From Eggerthellaceae bacterium (GTDB lineage: Bacteria; Elusimicrobiota; Elusimicrobia; Elusimicrobiales; Elusimicrobiaceae), in assembly GCA_963634865.1 (NCBI GenBank), contig CAVHDF010000001.1:22294-86293 (forward strand): a stretch of DNA of 64,000 bases, given 5' to 3'. Below, piece by piece: positions 38,731 through 49,216 of this stretch (position 1 is its first letter; every line of letters starts with the position of its first letter). The notes under the pieces were generated by a model. It saw only the letters and a program-made list of their open reading frames with translations. It ran no database searches and was not told the origin of the DNA. The translations under genes were made by a program, and so were the position numbers.

Positions 38731-39621
38731 ATGAACGATGCCATGCTCTATTTGATACTGAACTTTATTTTGGCCATCGGTGCGTTTTCCCTGTTTGTGG
38801 CGGTATTTTCCGTTTTGGCGCCCAAACGTGAAAAAGAGCAAATCGTGGACGTGGCCGCGCAGCGGTTTAAATCCTCTTCCAGCTTTGCCAGCTTGCAGCC
38901 GGAAAATAAGTGGATGGACCGCTTGGCGGTGTTTTGCTTAAACGCTTTTCATTTGGAAAAACCGCTGGAGCAAATGCACATGCAGTTGGGCAGCCCCGAC
39001 AAACCCCAGCCGGTGGAAATTTTGTACACCAAGATTATTTACGCCTTGGTGCTGCCTGTGGTGATTATGTTGCTGTTCCAGACCATGTGGGGGCTGTTGT
39101 TCGTGCCGGTGGGTTTTTACTTGCCCGATATGATGCTCAAAAGCCGCATCCAAAAAAGACAGGCGGAAATCTTGGGCAATTTCTCTACGACGGTAGACTT
39201 GGCGGCCTTGGTCATTGAATCCGGCTTGGACTATTTGACCGCGTTTGAAAGAATTATCAGCATTGCCAAGAAGAAAACGATTTTGGAAGAAGAGCTGGAA
39301 AAGACGCTCAATGAAATTAAACTGGGCTACTCCCGCCGCGAGGCGTTGGAGCGTTTTGCCAACCGCACGGGCGTGCAGGAAGTGCGCTCTTTGGTGGGGT
39401 TGATTATTCAGTCGGATGAATTGGGTACCAGCTTGGTGGACCTGCTGCGCAACTTCTCTACGGATTTGCGCTCCCGCCGTATGAGCCGCGCCGAAAAATT
39501 GGCGGCCCAGGCCAGCACCAAGATGTTGTTCCCGCTCTTTATTTTCATCTTCCCGACGATTTTTATTTTGATATTGTCTCCGATGATTAAAGGGCTGCTC
39601 TCGCAAGGGCTCAGCTTTTAG
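38731..39621 (+). CDS. TadC-like platform protein
   Basis: DLAALVIESGL, GYSRREAL, IQSDELGTSL, AEKLAAQASTKMLFPL. Confidence 0.9.
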   Translation: MNDAMLYLILNFILAIGAFSLFVAVFSVLAPKREKEQIVDVAAQRFKSSSSFASLQPENKWMDRLAVFCLNAFHLEKPLEQMHMQLGSPDKPQPVEILYTKIIYALVLPVVIMLLFQTMWGLLFVPVGFYLPDMMLKSRIQKRQAEILGNFSTTVDLAALVIESGLDYLTAFERIISIAKKKTILEEELEKTLNEIKLGYSRREALERFANRTGVQEVRSLVGLIIQSDELGTSLVDLLRNFSTDLRSRRMSRAEKLAAQASTKMLFPLFIFIFPTIFILILSPMIKGLLSQGLSF

Positions 39622-39635
39622 AGAGGATAAAATTT

Positions 39636-41009
39636 ATGAAAAAACAACTTTTCGCCGTCTTAGCCGTTTGTACCGCCTTAGGGGTGGTGGCCGCGCCGTT
39701 GCGCCAGCCCAACCCCATTCGCCAGCATGGTAAAGAAGAAGGCATGCTGCTAGATTTGAACAAAATCACCTTGGGCACGCTCAACGATGTAGAAGAGAAG
39801 AAACAGTATCTGTCCACCGTCCAGCTGGAAAAGCAGCGCATTCAAAATTACATGTTGCGCCAAGTGTATGAAAACGCGTACACCCTCTATAAGCGGGGGG
39901 ACTACCAACGCGCCCAAGAAATGGCGCAGACCATTTTGAGCATTGACCCCAATTTTACCCAAGCCTCCACCTTGGCCAAACAGGCCGGGCACATGGGCGC
40001 CTATGGCACCACCTCTGAGGCGGAAGTGATTGAGGCCAAATTCCAAGAGGCCAACCGGATGTATGATTCCGGCCGCTTGGTGGAAGCCAATGAAAAATTA
40101 GACGAGATTTTGACCATCCAGCCGCACAACGGCAAGGCGCTGTCTTGGAAGAAACGCATAGATAAGGACATCGCCCAAGAATACAGCCGCCGCGGCAACG
40201 TGGCCTATGAAAAGCAAAACTACCAGGTGGCTTTGGACAACTGGTACAATGCCTTGCTGATTCGCAAAGACGACCCGGCCTTGGTCAACAAAATTGCCCA
40301 GACCGAAAACCTGCTGCGCAAACAACAGGTGCAAGAGGCCATGGAACAGGCCATGGATTTTTACAACAAGGGCCAGTATTTGGAATCCTACTCTGTGTTT
40401 GAACGGATTACCAAAATCCAGCCGGGGGACCAGCGCGTGCAAAAATACATGACGCAGCTGAAGGACGAAATTGCGTCCAGCTATTATACCGCGGGGAATA
40501 AATCCTACGGCGCCCAAAAATTTGACAGTGCCATTAATTACTGGACCAACGCCAAAAAATGGGGGGCGGATTCCTCTAATATGGACCGTCTGATCAAAAA
40601 GGCGCGCAACGCCAAAGAAGACGCCATCCGCCGCAAACAAGAGGCGGTGCGCAAGGCTGCCGAAGCCGCTGAGGAGAAAGCCAAAGCCGCCGAGGAAGAA
40701 CCGGCCAAGGAAGAGGAACCCATTGAAACCGTGACGGTGGAAGGCAATGGCTTGAGCCCGTTGGCGCCGGAAGCGGCGGCGGACCCCAACAATGTGGCCG
40801 CGGGAATTGGCGGTGCGACGGGTGGGCGTGTATCGGCGGAAGCCAGTGCGGCCTCTCACCAGAAATATTTGGAAGGGTTGGACGCGTATAACCAAGACGA
40901 TTACGAACGCGCCCGTGCGGCGTGGATTGCGGCCAAGCAGCTGGACCCGGGCAACACCGATGCCGATTCCGGTCTGCGCCGTGTGGAAGAGTTGACGGGC
41001 ATCCGCTAA
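39636..41009 (+). CDS. Exported TPR protein (possible TadD-like pilotin role)
   Basis: Signal peptide, repeated TPR-like helices, position directly after tadC. Confidence 0.7.
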   Translation: MKKQLFAVLAVCTALGVVAAPLRQPNPIRQHGKEEGMLLDLNKITLGTLNDVEEKKQYLSTVQLEKQRIQNYMLRQVYENAYTLYKRGDYQRAQEMAQTILSIDPNFTQASTLAKQAGHMGAYGTTSEAEVIEAKFQEANRMYDSGRLVEANEKLDEILTIQPHNGKALSWKKRIDKDIAQEYSRRGNVAYEKQNYQVALDNWYNALLIRKDDPALVNKIAQTENLLRKQQVQEAMEQAMDFYNKGQYLESYSVFERITKIQPGDQRVQKYMTQLKDEIASSYYTAGNKSYGAQKFDSAINYWTNAKKWGADSSNMDRLIKKARNAKEDAIRRKQEAVRKAAEAAEEKAKAAEEEPAKEEEPIETVTVEGNGLSPLAPEAAADPNNVAAGIGGATGGRVSAEASAASHQKYLEGLDAYNQDDYERARAAWIAAKQLDPGNTDADSGLRRVEELTGIR

Positions 41010-41021
41010 ACGGGGAACAAT

Positions 41022-42137
41022 ATGAAACTGACATCCAAGTGGACTTTATGGTTTGTGCTGGTGTCGCTCTATGCGGCCATTATCGGCGGGTTGTTTTATT
41101 ACAACTTGTTTAAGTTCGTCTTTGACAAAAAATTGCAAAACGAAATGGTGGAAATGGTGCGTTTCCGCGCGCCGCTGCTGGTGTCCAGTCTCTCGGCCCG
41201 GCCCCGCAGTGACGCCACCTTCCGCGAAGCCGAAGTGATGAAGGCGTGGAAAAAGAATGACGACCGCATTAAAGATTTGGTGTACTTTAACGATGACGGC
41301 TCCGTCCGCTGGCACGAAAACACGCGCTTTTTAAAGATTTCTTATACCGATTACGGCAACGAGATCGGCGGGTTCAACAGCGCGGTGGTGCCGCAAGCCA
41401 TTCGCGACCGGGTGCCCAAAGCCCTGATGTTTGACGACGGGGAATATTACGATATGGCGATCCCCGTGTTGGCCAAAGATACGGTGGCCGGGGTGGTCAA
41501 TTTGACGGTGTCGCGCGCATCGGCCAAGTCCCTTATCCGCCAGTCCATGGTGCGTTATGGGGTGGGCGCGTTTATTATGATTTTGCTTATCGGCGGGGTG
41601 CTGTATTTGTTCCTGCTGCTTAAGATTATTCGCCCGCTGGAAACGTTAAAAGACGCGGTGGACGCCGTGTCGCTCAACCGTTTGGAGCTGCCTTTTACGC
41701 CGCGCGCAGACGAAATCGGCGCCGTGGCGGGGGCCATTGTGGCCATGTTGGGCAAAATTAAAGAAGAAGTAAAGAGCCTGGAAAATGTGGAAATTTTGTC
41801 CATTGAAAAGGAACAAAAATGGTGGAAGACCATTTTGGCCGTGACGGTGCCGCGCGGTTCGCGCGCGCTGGTCATTGATGAGAATAACAATATTCTCTAT
41901 ACCAATTTTGAAATGAACATCACCAAAAAGGGGCCGGTGCATTTGCTGGATATTTTTGACGGACGCCAGCAGAACATCATCCAGGTGGTGGGCGAAGCGT
42001 TGGAAAACCCCGGTAAAGTATTGCGCGGCAGCGTGGTCAACAAGAACGTTAAATGCACGGTCAAAGCCGTGCAGCTGCCTGACGACGCGGGCAAAAACCG
42101 CGTGGTGCTTGTGCTGGAGCCTGAAAAATCTTTATAA
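41022..42137 (+). CDS. Membrane sensor-like protein (TM-periplasmic-TM-HAMP, no catalytic output)
   Basis: IIRPLETLKDAV..RADEIGAVA HAMP pattern; PAS-like LVIDENNNILYTN. Confidence 0.7.
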   Translation: MKLTSKWTLWFVLVSLYAAIIGGLFYYNLFKFVFDKKLQNEMVEMVRFRAPLLVSSLSARPRSDATFREAEVMKAWKKNDDRIKDLVYFNDDGSVRWHENTRFLKISYTDYGNEIGGFNSAVVPQAIRDRVPKALMFDDGEYYDMAIPVLAKDTVAGVVNLTVSRASAKSLIRQSMVRYGVGAFIMILLIGGVLYLFLLLKIIRPLETLKDAVDAVSLNRLELPFTPRADEIGAVAGAIVAMLGKIKEEVKSLENVEILSIEKEQKWWKTILAVTVPRGSRALVIDENNNILYTNFEMNITKKGPVHLLDIFDGRQQNIIQVVGEALENPGKVLRGSVVNKNVKCTVKAVQLPDDAGKNRVVLVLEPEKSL

Positions 42138-42170
42138 TGAAAGGAAGGGGTTTTGCCCCTGGGAGAGAGT

Positions 42171-42443
42171 ATGAAAGTAGAAATTAAAAAAATCGGCATT
42201 TTGAATGTTATTTTTTCCGTATTCCCGGTGGCTGTATTTGTGGTCATGCTCATCGGCGGCATCATGAATATGTTCAACCCGGAGGTCTCTTTGAATATGG
42301 CCTTTGTGGTCAATATGATCATGTCTGCCATTGTGAACACGTTGCTGTTCTTGGTGTTTACCGTTTTCTTTTTGTTGGCCTATAACTTGCTGTGCGGCGT
42401 GGGTATCCGCGGGGTAAGCGTAGTGCTGGAAGACAAAGAATAA
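42171..42443 (+). CDS. Small two-TM membrane protein
   Basis: Two hydrophobic helices; GGAGAG upstream. Confidence 0.7.
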   Translation: MKVEIKKIGILNVIFSVFPVAVFVVMLIGGIMNMFNPEVSLNMAFVVNMIMSAIVNTLLFLVFTVFFLLAYNLLCGVGIRGVSVVLEDKE

Positions 42444-42467
42444 ATTAACAAGAGAGGAGAATCAGGG

Positions 42468-43430
42468 ATGAAGAAATTATTGATTTTAGCCGTAGCCTGC
42501 GGTTTGACTTTGTCTGCGCAAGCCGCCAATACGTCGGCCAAAGGGGCCAAAACCGCCAAGAAACCGGCCGCTAAACCGGTGGTGGAATTTGTGGTGGTGG
42601 AAGCGCCGGACTATGCCTCCGGCAAGCACGACCCGCAGATCACGACGGGCTTGGCCAACTTTTTGGAAGGCGAAGCCAAAGTGACCACGATGGACGCCAA
42701 CCAAGCCAAACAAGAGGCAGAACTAGCCAATGTGGACTATCACTTTTTGCCCGTTTACCTGGTGGCCAAAACGCCAAAAGCCATGGAAAAATTTGAGCAG
42801 CCCATTAAAAATGGCTACATCAAAGAAACCGGTAAATATTTGATTTTGCCGCAAATGGGCCGCACGGGCGTGTACCAAGACAAAATTGCCCAACCGGGCG
42901 TGTTGGAAGTATTTGTGATGTCTCAGTGCCCCTATGGCGCCATGGCGGAAAACCTGATCATCCAAGCGCAAAAAGACGGCAAAATCCCCGCCGACAAAAC
43001 CATTAAGGTGCGCTATATCGTCAACTACAATAAAGACACCCAAGAGTTCCAAAGCTTGCACGGCTCGGCCGAGTGGGAAGAGAACATCCGCCAGTTGCTT
43101 ATCGCCAAATATTATCCCACCAAATTTTGGAAATATTTGGAAATCCGCAACCAAGACTACCGCTCCAGCCGCTGGGACAAAGCCATGCAAGAGGCCGGCA
43201 TCAACCCCAACAAAATTATGAAGAAGTTTGACACCGAAGGGGTGGAATTGCTCAAGGCCGAGGCCGCTTACGCCGATGAATACGGCATGAATGCCTCTCC
43301 GAGCTTCTTGTGGGAAGGCAAAGAACAGTTGGATTTCGGCAGCGTTTCCCAAAAGCCCGGTTTGGAATTTTTGAACCCGGCCAATGCCCGTCAGCAAGGC
43401 GGCAAGGCCGCTCCGGCGGGCAGCTGCTAA
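42468..43430 (+). CDS. Exported thioredoxin/DsbA-fold-like protein
   Basis: LEVFVMSQCPYG, SLHGSAE, YGMNASPSF cis-Pro loop; signal peptide. Confidence 0.7.
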   Translation: MKKLLILAVACGLTLSAQAANTSAKGAKTAKKPAAKPVVEFVVVEAPDYASGKHDPQITTGLANFLEGEAKVTTMDANQAKQEAELANVDYHFLPVYLVAKTPKAMEKFEQPIKNGYIKETGKYLILPQMGRTGVYQDKIAQPGVLEVFVMSQCPYGAMAENLIIQAQKDGKIPADKTIKVRYIVNYNKDTQEFQSLHGSAEWEENIRQLLIAKYYPTKFWKYLEIRNQDYRSSRWDKAMQEAGINPNKIMKKFDTEGVELLKAEAAYADEYGMNASPSFLWEGKEQLDFGSVSQKPGLEFLNPANARQQGGKAAPAGSC

Positions 43431-43519
43431 ACGCAGTGTCCAATATAGGGATTTAGACAGCGGGGGCTTGGGAGCGATCCCGGCCCCCGCCTGCAATAAA
43501 CGGATTTTTCAAAGTAACC

Positions 43520-45403
43520 ATGAGCCAAAAAACAGGACGTCTTTTTTCCAGAGCCATTTTAGCCTTAAGCGTGGTGTCTGCTTTGCCGGTGCTGCTCATC
43601 GGCTGGCATGTGCTGCGCGTGGACAACCGCGTCCTGCAAAATGAAATTTTAGACAAGCAACGCACCGTGGCCGGGCAAATTGCTTCCGTCTTGTCCGAAG
43701 AAGTCAGCCGCAAGGCGCAGTTCTTTTCCGTCTTTACCGATTTACATACCGATTTCGGCGGTCACCCTTTTATCAACAAAGAAGACATTGACTATTTGCG
43801 CACCAAAAACCCCGAAATCACGCATATTTCCGTTTTAAACAACAAGGGCCGCCAGCTGTTTTATTCCAGCGAGGAAAGCAGCCGCTTTAGCTACGCCTCG
43901 GAGCTGGACAATATTTTGCACACCTGTGTGGAGCAGGGGCAAGATTATGTCGGTTCGGTCAACCGGGTTAACGGGAAGCTGTACGCCTTGATGGCGTTCC
44001 CGTTGCGCCGGCATTTAAGAGACGCCAAAATCACGGGCGTGCTGGTGGCGGAGATGAATTTGGCCGCCTTGGGCAGCGCTTTGCAAGAGAGCTACCCGGA
44101 GGATTTGTTCGTTGCCGTGACCAGTGCCGACGGACGCTTGATTTCTTACAGCGGGGCCGAGGGCGGTTTGGCCTTAGAAGAGGATTTGCCCTTGCGCGCG
44201 CGGCTGCAGCGGTGGGAGCAGGCTTTGGGCACGCGCAGCGGGGCCCGGGTGGAGCTGTCGGACGGACAGTCCGTGTTGGTTTCCCAGACGCAAGTCCCCG
44301 TGATGCGTTGGACGGTGTATGTGCAACAACCGGCTGACACCATTCGCCGTTTGCTGCTGGAGAGCACCTTTCACTCTTTGTGGGATGTTTTGGTGATTTT
44401 GTTGGTGATGATGGCCTTTGTGCTGCTGACGGGATATTTCGTCATCAGTCCCATTGTCCGCCCCGTGCGCCGCTTGCAAGAGGCCGCTGTCAAGCTGGAG
44501 CAGGAAGACGACTATATGCCCCAAGAGCAAGATTTAATCATCCCCAGCAATGAAATTGGCCAGTTGGCGCGGGTCTTTTTGCATATGGCGCAGGTCCTGC
44601 GTGAGCGCAAAAACGCCGTGGTCTCTGCACAGCAGGAATTGGCCGGGATGAACAAAGAATTGGAACTGCGCGTACAGCAGCGCACGGCCGAACTGAAAAC
44701 CGCCACCGACGAGCTGGTCAAAACCGAGCGTTTGGCCGCTATCGGGCAAATGGCCTCTATCATCAGCCACGAAATCCGCAACCCGTTGGCGGTGATCAGC
44801 AATGCCACGCGCTTGATTAAAACCATAGAGCCGCCCAAAGACGCCAAGCTCATCAAACAATTTTCCATCATTGAGGCGGAAATCAAACAGGCCAACAGCA
44901 TCATCAGCGAGGTGCTGGGCTTTGCCCGCAGCCGCGATATGATTTTAAGCACCATTGACTTAAACAGCTATTTGCATGACCTACTGCTCTCTTTCCCGGC
45001 GTCCAGCGGGATTCACTTGCAGGAAGAGCTGGACCCGGAGAGCGTGCGCCTGAAAATAGACGCCGAGGAAATGAAACAGGCCGTGCGCAATTTAATTTCC
45101 AACGCGTGCGAAGCCATGCAGGGCCAGGGCACCGTTACCTTGGGCACCCGCGTGGGCAAAAAGGTGGTCTGCATTTACGTGGCCGATGAAGGCCCCGGCG
45201 TGCCGGACGAATTAAAGGAAAAAATCTTCTCGCCGTTCTTTACCACCAAGGCCCGCGGCACGGGGCTGGGGTTGGCCGTGGTGCGCAAAGCCGTCGGCCG
45301 CCACAAAGGCAAAATGTTTATACACAACCGCGCCACGGGCGGAGCTATTTTTGAAATTTATTTGGCAATTTATCGTAAAACCGGAGATACCCGCTATGGA
45401 TAA
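43520..45403 (+). CDS. Membrane sensor histidine kinase (NtrB-like, HAMP)
   Basis: [44 protein letters not shown]. Confidence 0.95.
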   Translation: MSQKTGRLFSRAILALSVVSALPVLLIGWHVLRVDNRVLQNEILDKQRTVAGQIASVLSEEVSRKAQFFSVFTDLHTDFGGHPFINKEDIDYLRTKNPEITHISVLNNKGRQLFYSSEESSRFSYASELDNILHTCVEQGQDYVGSVNRVNGKLYALMAFPLRRHLRDAKITGVLVAEMNLAALGSALQESYPEDLFVAVTSADGRLISYSGAEGGLALEEDLPLRARLQRWEQALGTRSGARVELSDGQSVLVSQTQVPVMRWTVYVQQPADTIRRLLLESTFHSLWDVLVILLVMMAFVLLTGYFVISPIVRPVRRLQEAAVKLEQEDDYMPQEQDLIIPSNEIGQLARVFLHMAQVLRERKNAVVSAQQELAGMNKELELRVQQRTAELKTATDELVKTERLAAIGQMASIISHEIRNPLAVISNATRLIKTIEPPKDAKLIKQFSIIEAEIKQANSIISEVLGFARSRDMILSTIDLNSYLHDLLLSFPASSGIHLQEELDPESVRLKIDAEEMKQAVRNLISNACEAMQGQGTVTLGTRVGKKVVCIYVADEGPGVPDELKEKIFSPFFTTKARGTGLGLAVVRKAVGRHKGKMFIHNRATGGAIFEIYLAIYRKTGDTRYG

Positions 45404-46517
45404 ACAAGTAAAAATTTTAGTCGTAGACGATGACAACAACCTGCGCGAAACGCTGGCGGACTTGCTGGAGATTGAAGGCTACAAGGTCTATCAAGCCGCC
45501 GACGGCAAAGAGTGCATGGATTTGGTGTCTTCTGAATTTTTTAACGTGATTTTAATGGACTATAACTTGCCCGATGAAACGGGCTTGGACCTCATCCGCA
45601 AAATCCGCTCCTTCAACCAAGACAGCCAAATTTTGATGATCACGGCGTACGCTTCGCTCAACTCTATTATGGAAGCGATGAAAGAATCGGTATATGACTT
45701 TTTGATTAAGCCGGTGGATTTTGATTATTTAAAACGCGCCATCAACCGCGCCTTGGACAAATATTTCTTGGAACAAAGCAACAAGGAATTGCTCGCCCAG
45801 TTGAAGGTGCGAAATGCGGATTTGGACCGCTTGAACAATATGAAGTCCAAATTCTTTTCCATTGTGTCGCATGACTTGTCTAACTCTTTGATGACTTTAA
45901 AGATGAGCTTTGATATGCTCAAAAAGAAGATGACCCCCAACGAGGACCAAGCCAAAAAGATGTCTTATATGGATGAATCCGTGGCGCAAATTGAGCACCT
46001 GATTAAAGACTTGGTGGACTGGGCCGCCATTGAAAAAGGCAAGCTGCGCATTGAAAAAAGCAACTTTGAATTGACGGGCAGCCTGAAAAAGACCGCAGAA
46101 ATTTTTAAGGACAAAGCCAGCAAGCGCGGCATAGACGTGACCTTTGAAAGCGCGGGGGAAATCCCGGTGTTTGCCGACGAGAAACGCATCCGCCAAGTGA
46201 TCTCTAATATTTTGGAAAACGCCGTGCGCCACACGCCTGACGGCGGCCGCATTGCCGTGAAGGTCAGCAAACTGGATGAAAAAAATGCTAAAGTGTCGGT
46301 AACGGACTCTGGCGACGGCATTGACCCAAAGCAAGCGCCCGAGCTGTTTACCAGCTTTACCCAAGTGGGCGACAAAAGCCGTGTGGGCCGCCTGGGCTTG
46401 GGGCTGTCTATCGCCAAAGATATCGTAACCAATCACGGCGGGCGCATTTGGGCGCAGAGCGATGGCTTGGGCAAAGGCGCCAGTTTTAACTTTACCTTGC
46501 CGGTGAGCGGCAACTGA
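45396..46517 (+). CDS. Receiver + histidine kinase hybrid
   Basis: ILVVDDD, MDYNLPD, DFLIKP; SHDL, NILENAVRHT, DSGDGI, GLGLSIAK. Confidence 0.92.
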   Translation: MDKQVKILVVDDDNNLRETLADLLEIEGYKVYQAADGKECMDLVSSEFFNVILMDYNLPDETGLDLIRKIRSFNQDSQILMITAYASLNSIMEAMKESVYDFLIKPVDFDYLKRAINRALDKYFLEQSNKELLAQLKVRNADLDRLNNMKSKFFSIVSHDLSNSLMTLKMSFDMLKKKMTPNEDQAKKMSYMDESVAQIEHLIKDLVDWAAIEKGKLRIEKSNFELTGSLKKTAEIFKDKASKRGIDVTFESAGEIPVFADEKRIRQVISNILENAVRHTPDGGRIAVKVSKLDEKNAKVSVTDSGDGIDPKQAPELFTSFTQVGDKSRVGRLGLGLSIAKDIVTNHGGRIWAQSDGLGKGASFNFTLPVSGN

Positions 46518-46546
46518 TTTTGACTCTGTACGGGAGCGAACAACAC

Positions 46547-47233
46547 ATGAATAAGAAGAAAAAAGTCAAAGTGCTTATTGCAGATGACCAAACCCTCTTC
46601 CGCGAGGGCATCAAAGATGTGCTGACCGGAGAGAAATGGATAGAAGTAGTCGGCGAGGCGGCCGACGGCCTGCAGGCGGTGGCCTTGGCCAAAAAACTCA
46701 AGCCCGATGTGGTGCTGATGGACATCAAGCTGCCCAAATTGGATGGCATTGCCGCCACCAAGCAAATCCGCCAGACCGCGCCAGAAGTGAATGTGCTGAT
46801 GTTGTCTTCGTTTGAAGACGAAGCGCACGTTTTAGACGCCATTCAAGCCGGGGCCAACGGGTATTTGTCTAAAATGTTGCCGGCGGCGGAGCTGGTCAAC
46901 TCCATTAAAACTTTTACGGCGGAAGGGTTGATGATTCCGCAGCAGCTGATGGGCAAACTCTTGCACGGGTTGCGCCGCATGGGCGAGGGCGGTATGCCCA
47001 GCCAAGCCACGCTGACCAAGACGGAAATCAAAGTCATGGACTTTTTGGGCAAGGGCTTAAGCAATAAAGAGCTGGCCAAAGAGTTGGGTTGCAGCGTAAA
47101 GACCATTAAGAATCATTTAAACAGCGCGTTCCACAAACTGGGCGTCAGCAGCCGCACCGAGGCCGTGGTCAAGGCCATTGAAAAGGGGCTGATTTCCTCG
47201 GAAGGGACGAAATTTACCGAAGACGAAGAGTAA
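46547..47233 (+). CDS. NarL/LuxR family response regulator
   Basis: VLIADDQTLFREG, PDVVLMDI, GLSNKELA, VKTIKNH, KLGVSSRTEAV. Confidence 0.95.
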   Translation: MNKKKKVKVLIADDQTLFREGIKDVLTGEKWIEVVGEAADGLQAVALAKKLKPDVVLMDIKLPKLDGIAATKQIRQTAPEVNVLMLSSFEDEAHVLDAIQAGANGYLSKMLPAAELVNSIKTFTAEGLMIPQQLMGKLLHGLRRMGEGGMPSQATLTKTEIKVMDFLGKGLSNKELAKELGCSVKTIKNHLNSAFHKLGVSSRTEAVVKAIEKGLISSEGTKFTEDEE

Positions 47234-47237
47234 GTCT

Positions 47238-47417
47238 ATGCGCAGAATAAAAGCAGCTTGGCACCGGCTCCGCCGCAACCGCCGCGGGCAGGCCTCTATT
47301 GAATATATGCTGATGTTAGGCAGCATATTGGTCATCTTGTCTGCTTTTATTACCGCGTTTCATAATGATATTGTCCGCTGGATGTTTGCCTTTGTCGGGC
47401 AACTGTTGCCAAAATGA
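47238..47417 (+). CDS. Flp-type pilin (59 aa, absent from the supplied ORF track)
   Basis: Manual translation MRRIKAAWHRLRRNRRG/QASIEYMLMLGSILVILSAFITAF...LLPK; ATGA overlap with next gene. Confidence 0.85.
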   Translation: MRRIKAAWHRLRRNRRGQASIEYMLMLGSILVILSAFITAFHNDIVRWMFAFVGQLLPK

Positions 47418-48529
47418 ATAGGTTTACGCGTGTTGTGCTCTCCACTTGCCGCAGCCGCCGGGCGCAGATTTTGCTGCCCGCGGTGATGCTTGCGCCTATT
47501 TTTATTTTGGTAATTTATCTGCTGTTTGAAACCTCCAAGCTGTCTATGACCAAGGTCCGCCAGCAGTTTGCCTTAGACAATGCCGCCTATTCAGCCATGT
47601 CCGCTACCAGCGGTTATTTAAACGCCTTGGCGCAGATCAATGGTCCGCTTCCTTACAGAGTCATGAAGACCATGAGCTACACCATTCCGCCCAAAGCCAC
47701 GGCGGAAAACCCGCGCAATGATTTGACCGTGTTTGATGTTTTTTACAGCGCGGGGGCTTTCCCGGCGATTGGCCCCAGCCATGAGTTGGGCCGCGGGGGC
47801 GCCATTGCCAACAAAATTCCGGCGGCCACGTCAGACGATTGGAATGTGCAGTACTATAAGGGCAAACGCAGCGGTTGGATGAAGGAAGACCCGCAAAATA
47901 AACCCGATGAAGAAGGCTATTATGTCATGACGGACAAGACCTTGGCGGACAATTACTTCTTCGGTGCGACGGGTATTGCCTTGCAGACCATTAAAGAATA
48001 CGCCACTGTTTTTGTACGTACGGGCAGTGTGTACGCTTCCCAGACGTATTCATATAAAGATACGGTCAAAAATGCGCGTATGTTCCGTGAGAGCTACGCT
48101 TTAAACACCAATGACTGCAGCAAAACCGAATGCGGCAAGCAGTCCGGCGCCACCTTGGACCGCTTTGAGCTGGAGGCCAAACCCTTTGAAATTGACAAGG
48201 CCCGCTTTTACGTGACGGCGGACTTCCAGGGTTCTACGGCGCACTCCGGGGCGTATCCGTTGGATTTGGACATGAAGAGCATTATTAAATCCGACCTCTT
48301 TCAATTTGCCTATTTGACCCCGTCCAGCCGCACCCGCCTGCGCCAGTTGGCCCGCGGGGTGGTGCTCAAACAAAAGTTTTCGCTGCCGGCCAACCGCTTT
48401 AATATCAACGTTACCCAGCGCTATGAGCCGTACGTGCGTAATACGGTGTCGGTCTCTTGCCCGCGCTCTAACAACAACTGCGTGTGGCCCAACCCCATTC
48501 CCAAATATAGCGTGAGGTTGGCCCCATGA
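47414..48529 (+). CDS. TadG-like pseudopilin
   Basis: RRA/QILLPAVMLAPIFILVIYLLFE, QQFALDNAAYSA. Confidence 0.75.
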   Translation: MNRFTRVVLSTCRSRRAQILLPAVMLAPIFILVIYLLFETSKLSMTKVRQQFALDNAAYSAMSATSGYLNALAQINGPLPYRVMKTMSYTIPPKATAENPRNDLTVFDVFYSAGAFPAIGPSHELGRGGAIANKIPAATSDDWNVQYYKGKRSGWMKEDPQNKPDEEGYYVMTDKTLADNYFFGATGIALQTIKEYATVFVRTGSVYASQTYSYKDTVKNARMFRESYALNTNDCSKTECGKQSGATLDRFELEAKPFEIDKARFYVTADFQGSTAHSGAYPLDLDMKSIIKSDLFQFAYLTPSSRTRLRQLARGVVLKQKFSLPANRFNINVTQRYEPYVRNTVSVSCPRSNNNCVWPNPIPKYSVRLAP

Positions 48530-49056
48530 TGCGTCTTTTTTCATCCCGCCGCGGGCAGGCCACTACGGAAACGGTATTGCTGTTTCCGGTATTGGTGATT
48601 TTTATTTTGTTCATCATTAAAATTTTTGGCTTGTTGGTGTTGGCGCAAAAGTTGGAAATTGCGGGCTTTTACGCCGCGCGCCGTTACCAGCTGCAGAGCC
48701 ACACCACCACCTATTTGCAACGTTGGGACCGCCGCTACCTGCAAAAGGACATAGAGAAAAAGGTGCGTGAATATTTGGGCTTTGACAACCCGGGCATGTT
48801 GCGCTTTTTGAGCCTGCGGGACCTCAAGCTCACCATCAACACCTCCGGCACGTGGACGAAGGTCACCATGACGGTGTTTACCGCGCCGCCGCGGATTAAT
48901 TTTTTGTGCAGATACGACAAATTGCAGCTGTGCCAAGGGGACGAGAACTGCTTAAAAGGGTATAACTTTTTATGTGAAACCGGAGGGCAGTTGGAAGTGA
49001 TCAAATACGTCGGCCCGAATGAGCGCGTGCTGCCGTTTGTCCGCCCGGAAGGCTAA
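48526..49056 (+). CDS. TadE-like pseudopilin
   Basis: RRG/QATTETVLLFPVLVIFILFI, AGFYAARR; Cys-rich C-terminus. Confidence 0.85.
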   Translation: MMRLFSSRRGQATTETVLLFPVLVIFILFIIKIFGLLVLAQKLEIAGFYAARRYQLQSHTTTYLQRWDRRYLQKDIEKKVREYLGFDNPGMLRFLSLRDLKLTINTSGTWTKVTMTVFTAPPRINFLCRYDKLQLCQGDENCLKGYNFLCETGGQLEVIKYVGPNERVLPFVRPEG

Positions 49057-49076
49057 CCGCTGCAGCGGTGGCGGGC

Positions 49077-49105
49077 TTGACAAAACGCTCAAATCCGTTT
49101 ATACT
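49077..49105 (+). promoter_or_regulatory. Near-consensus sigma70 promoter for the downstream array
   Basis: TTGACA-17 bp-TATACT. Confidence 0.75.
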
Positions 49106-49216
49106 GTTAGTAGCGCCAGGGGCGCTAAAGATTTAAACTCTGTGTTTGAGCGTATGAGTCGTCTTCTTACGGGTCAACAAGAGTGATTTTTTATATTTAT
49201 GTAAAGGGAGCCTATT

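Noticed and set aside
49085..49153. Invertible promoter defined by acgctcaaa / tttgagcgt
   Set aside because: Only 9 bp, it would separate -35 from -10, and no recombinase is nearby; could be chance or an operator
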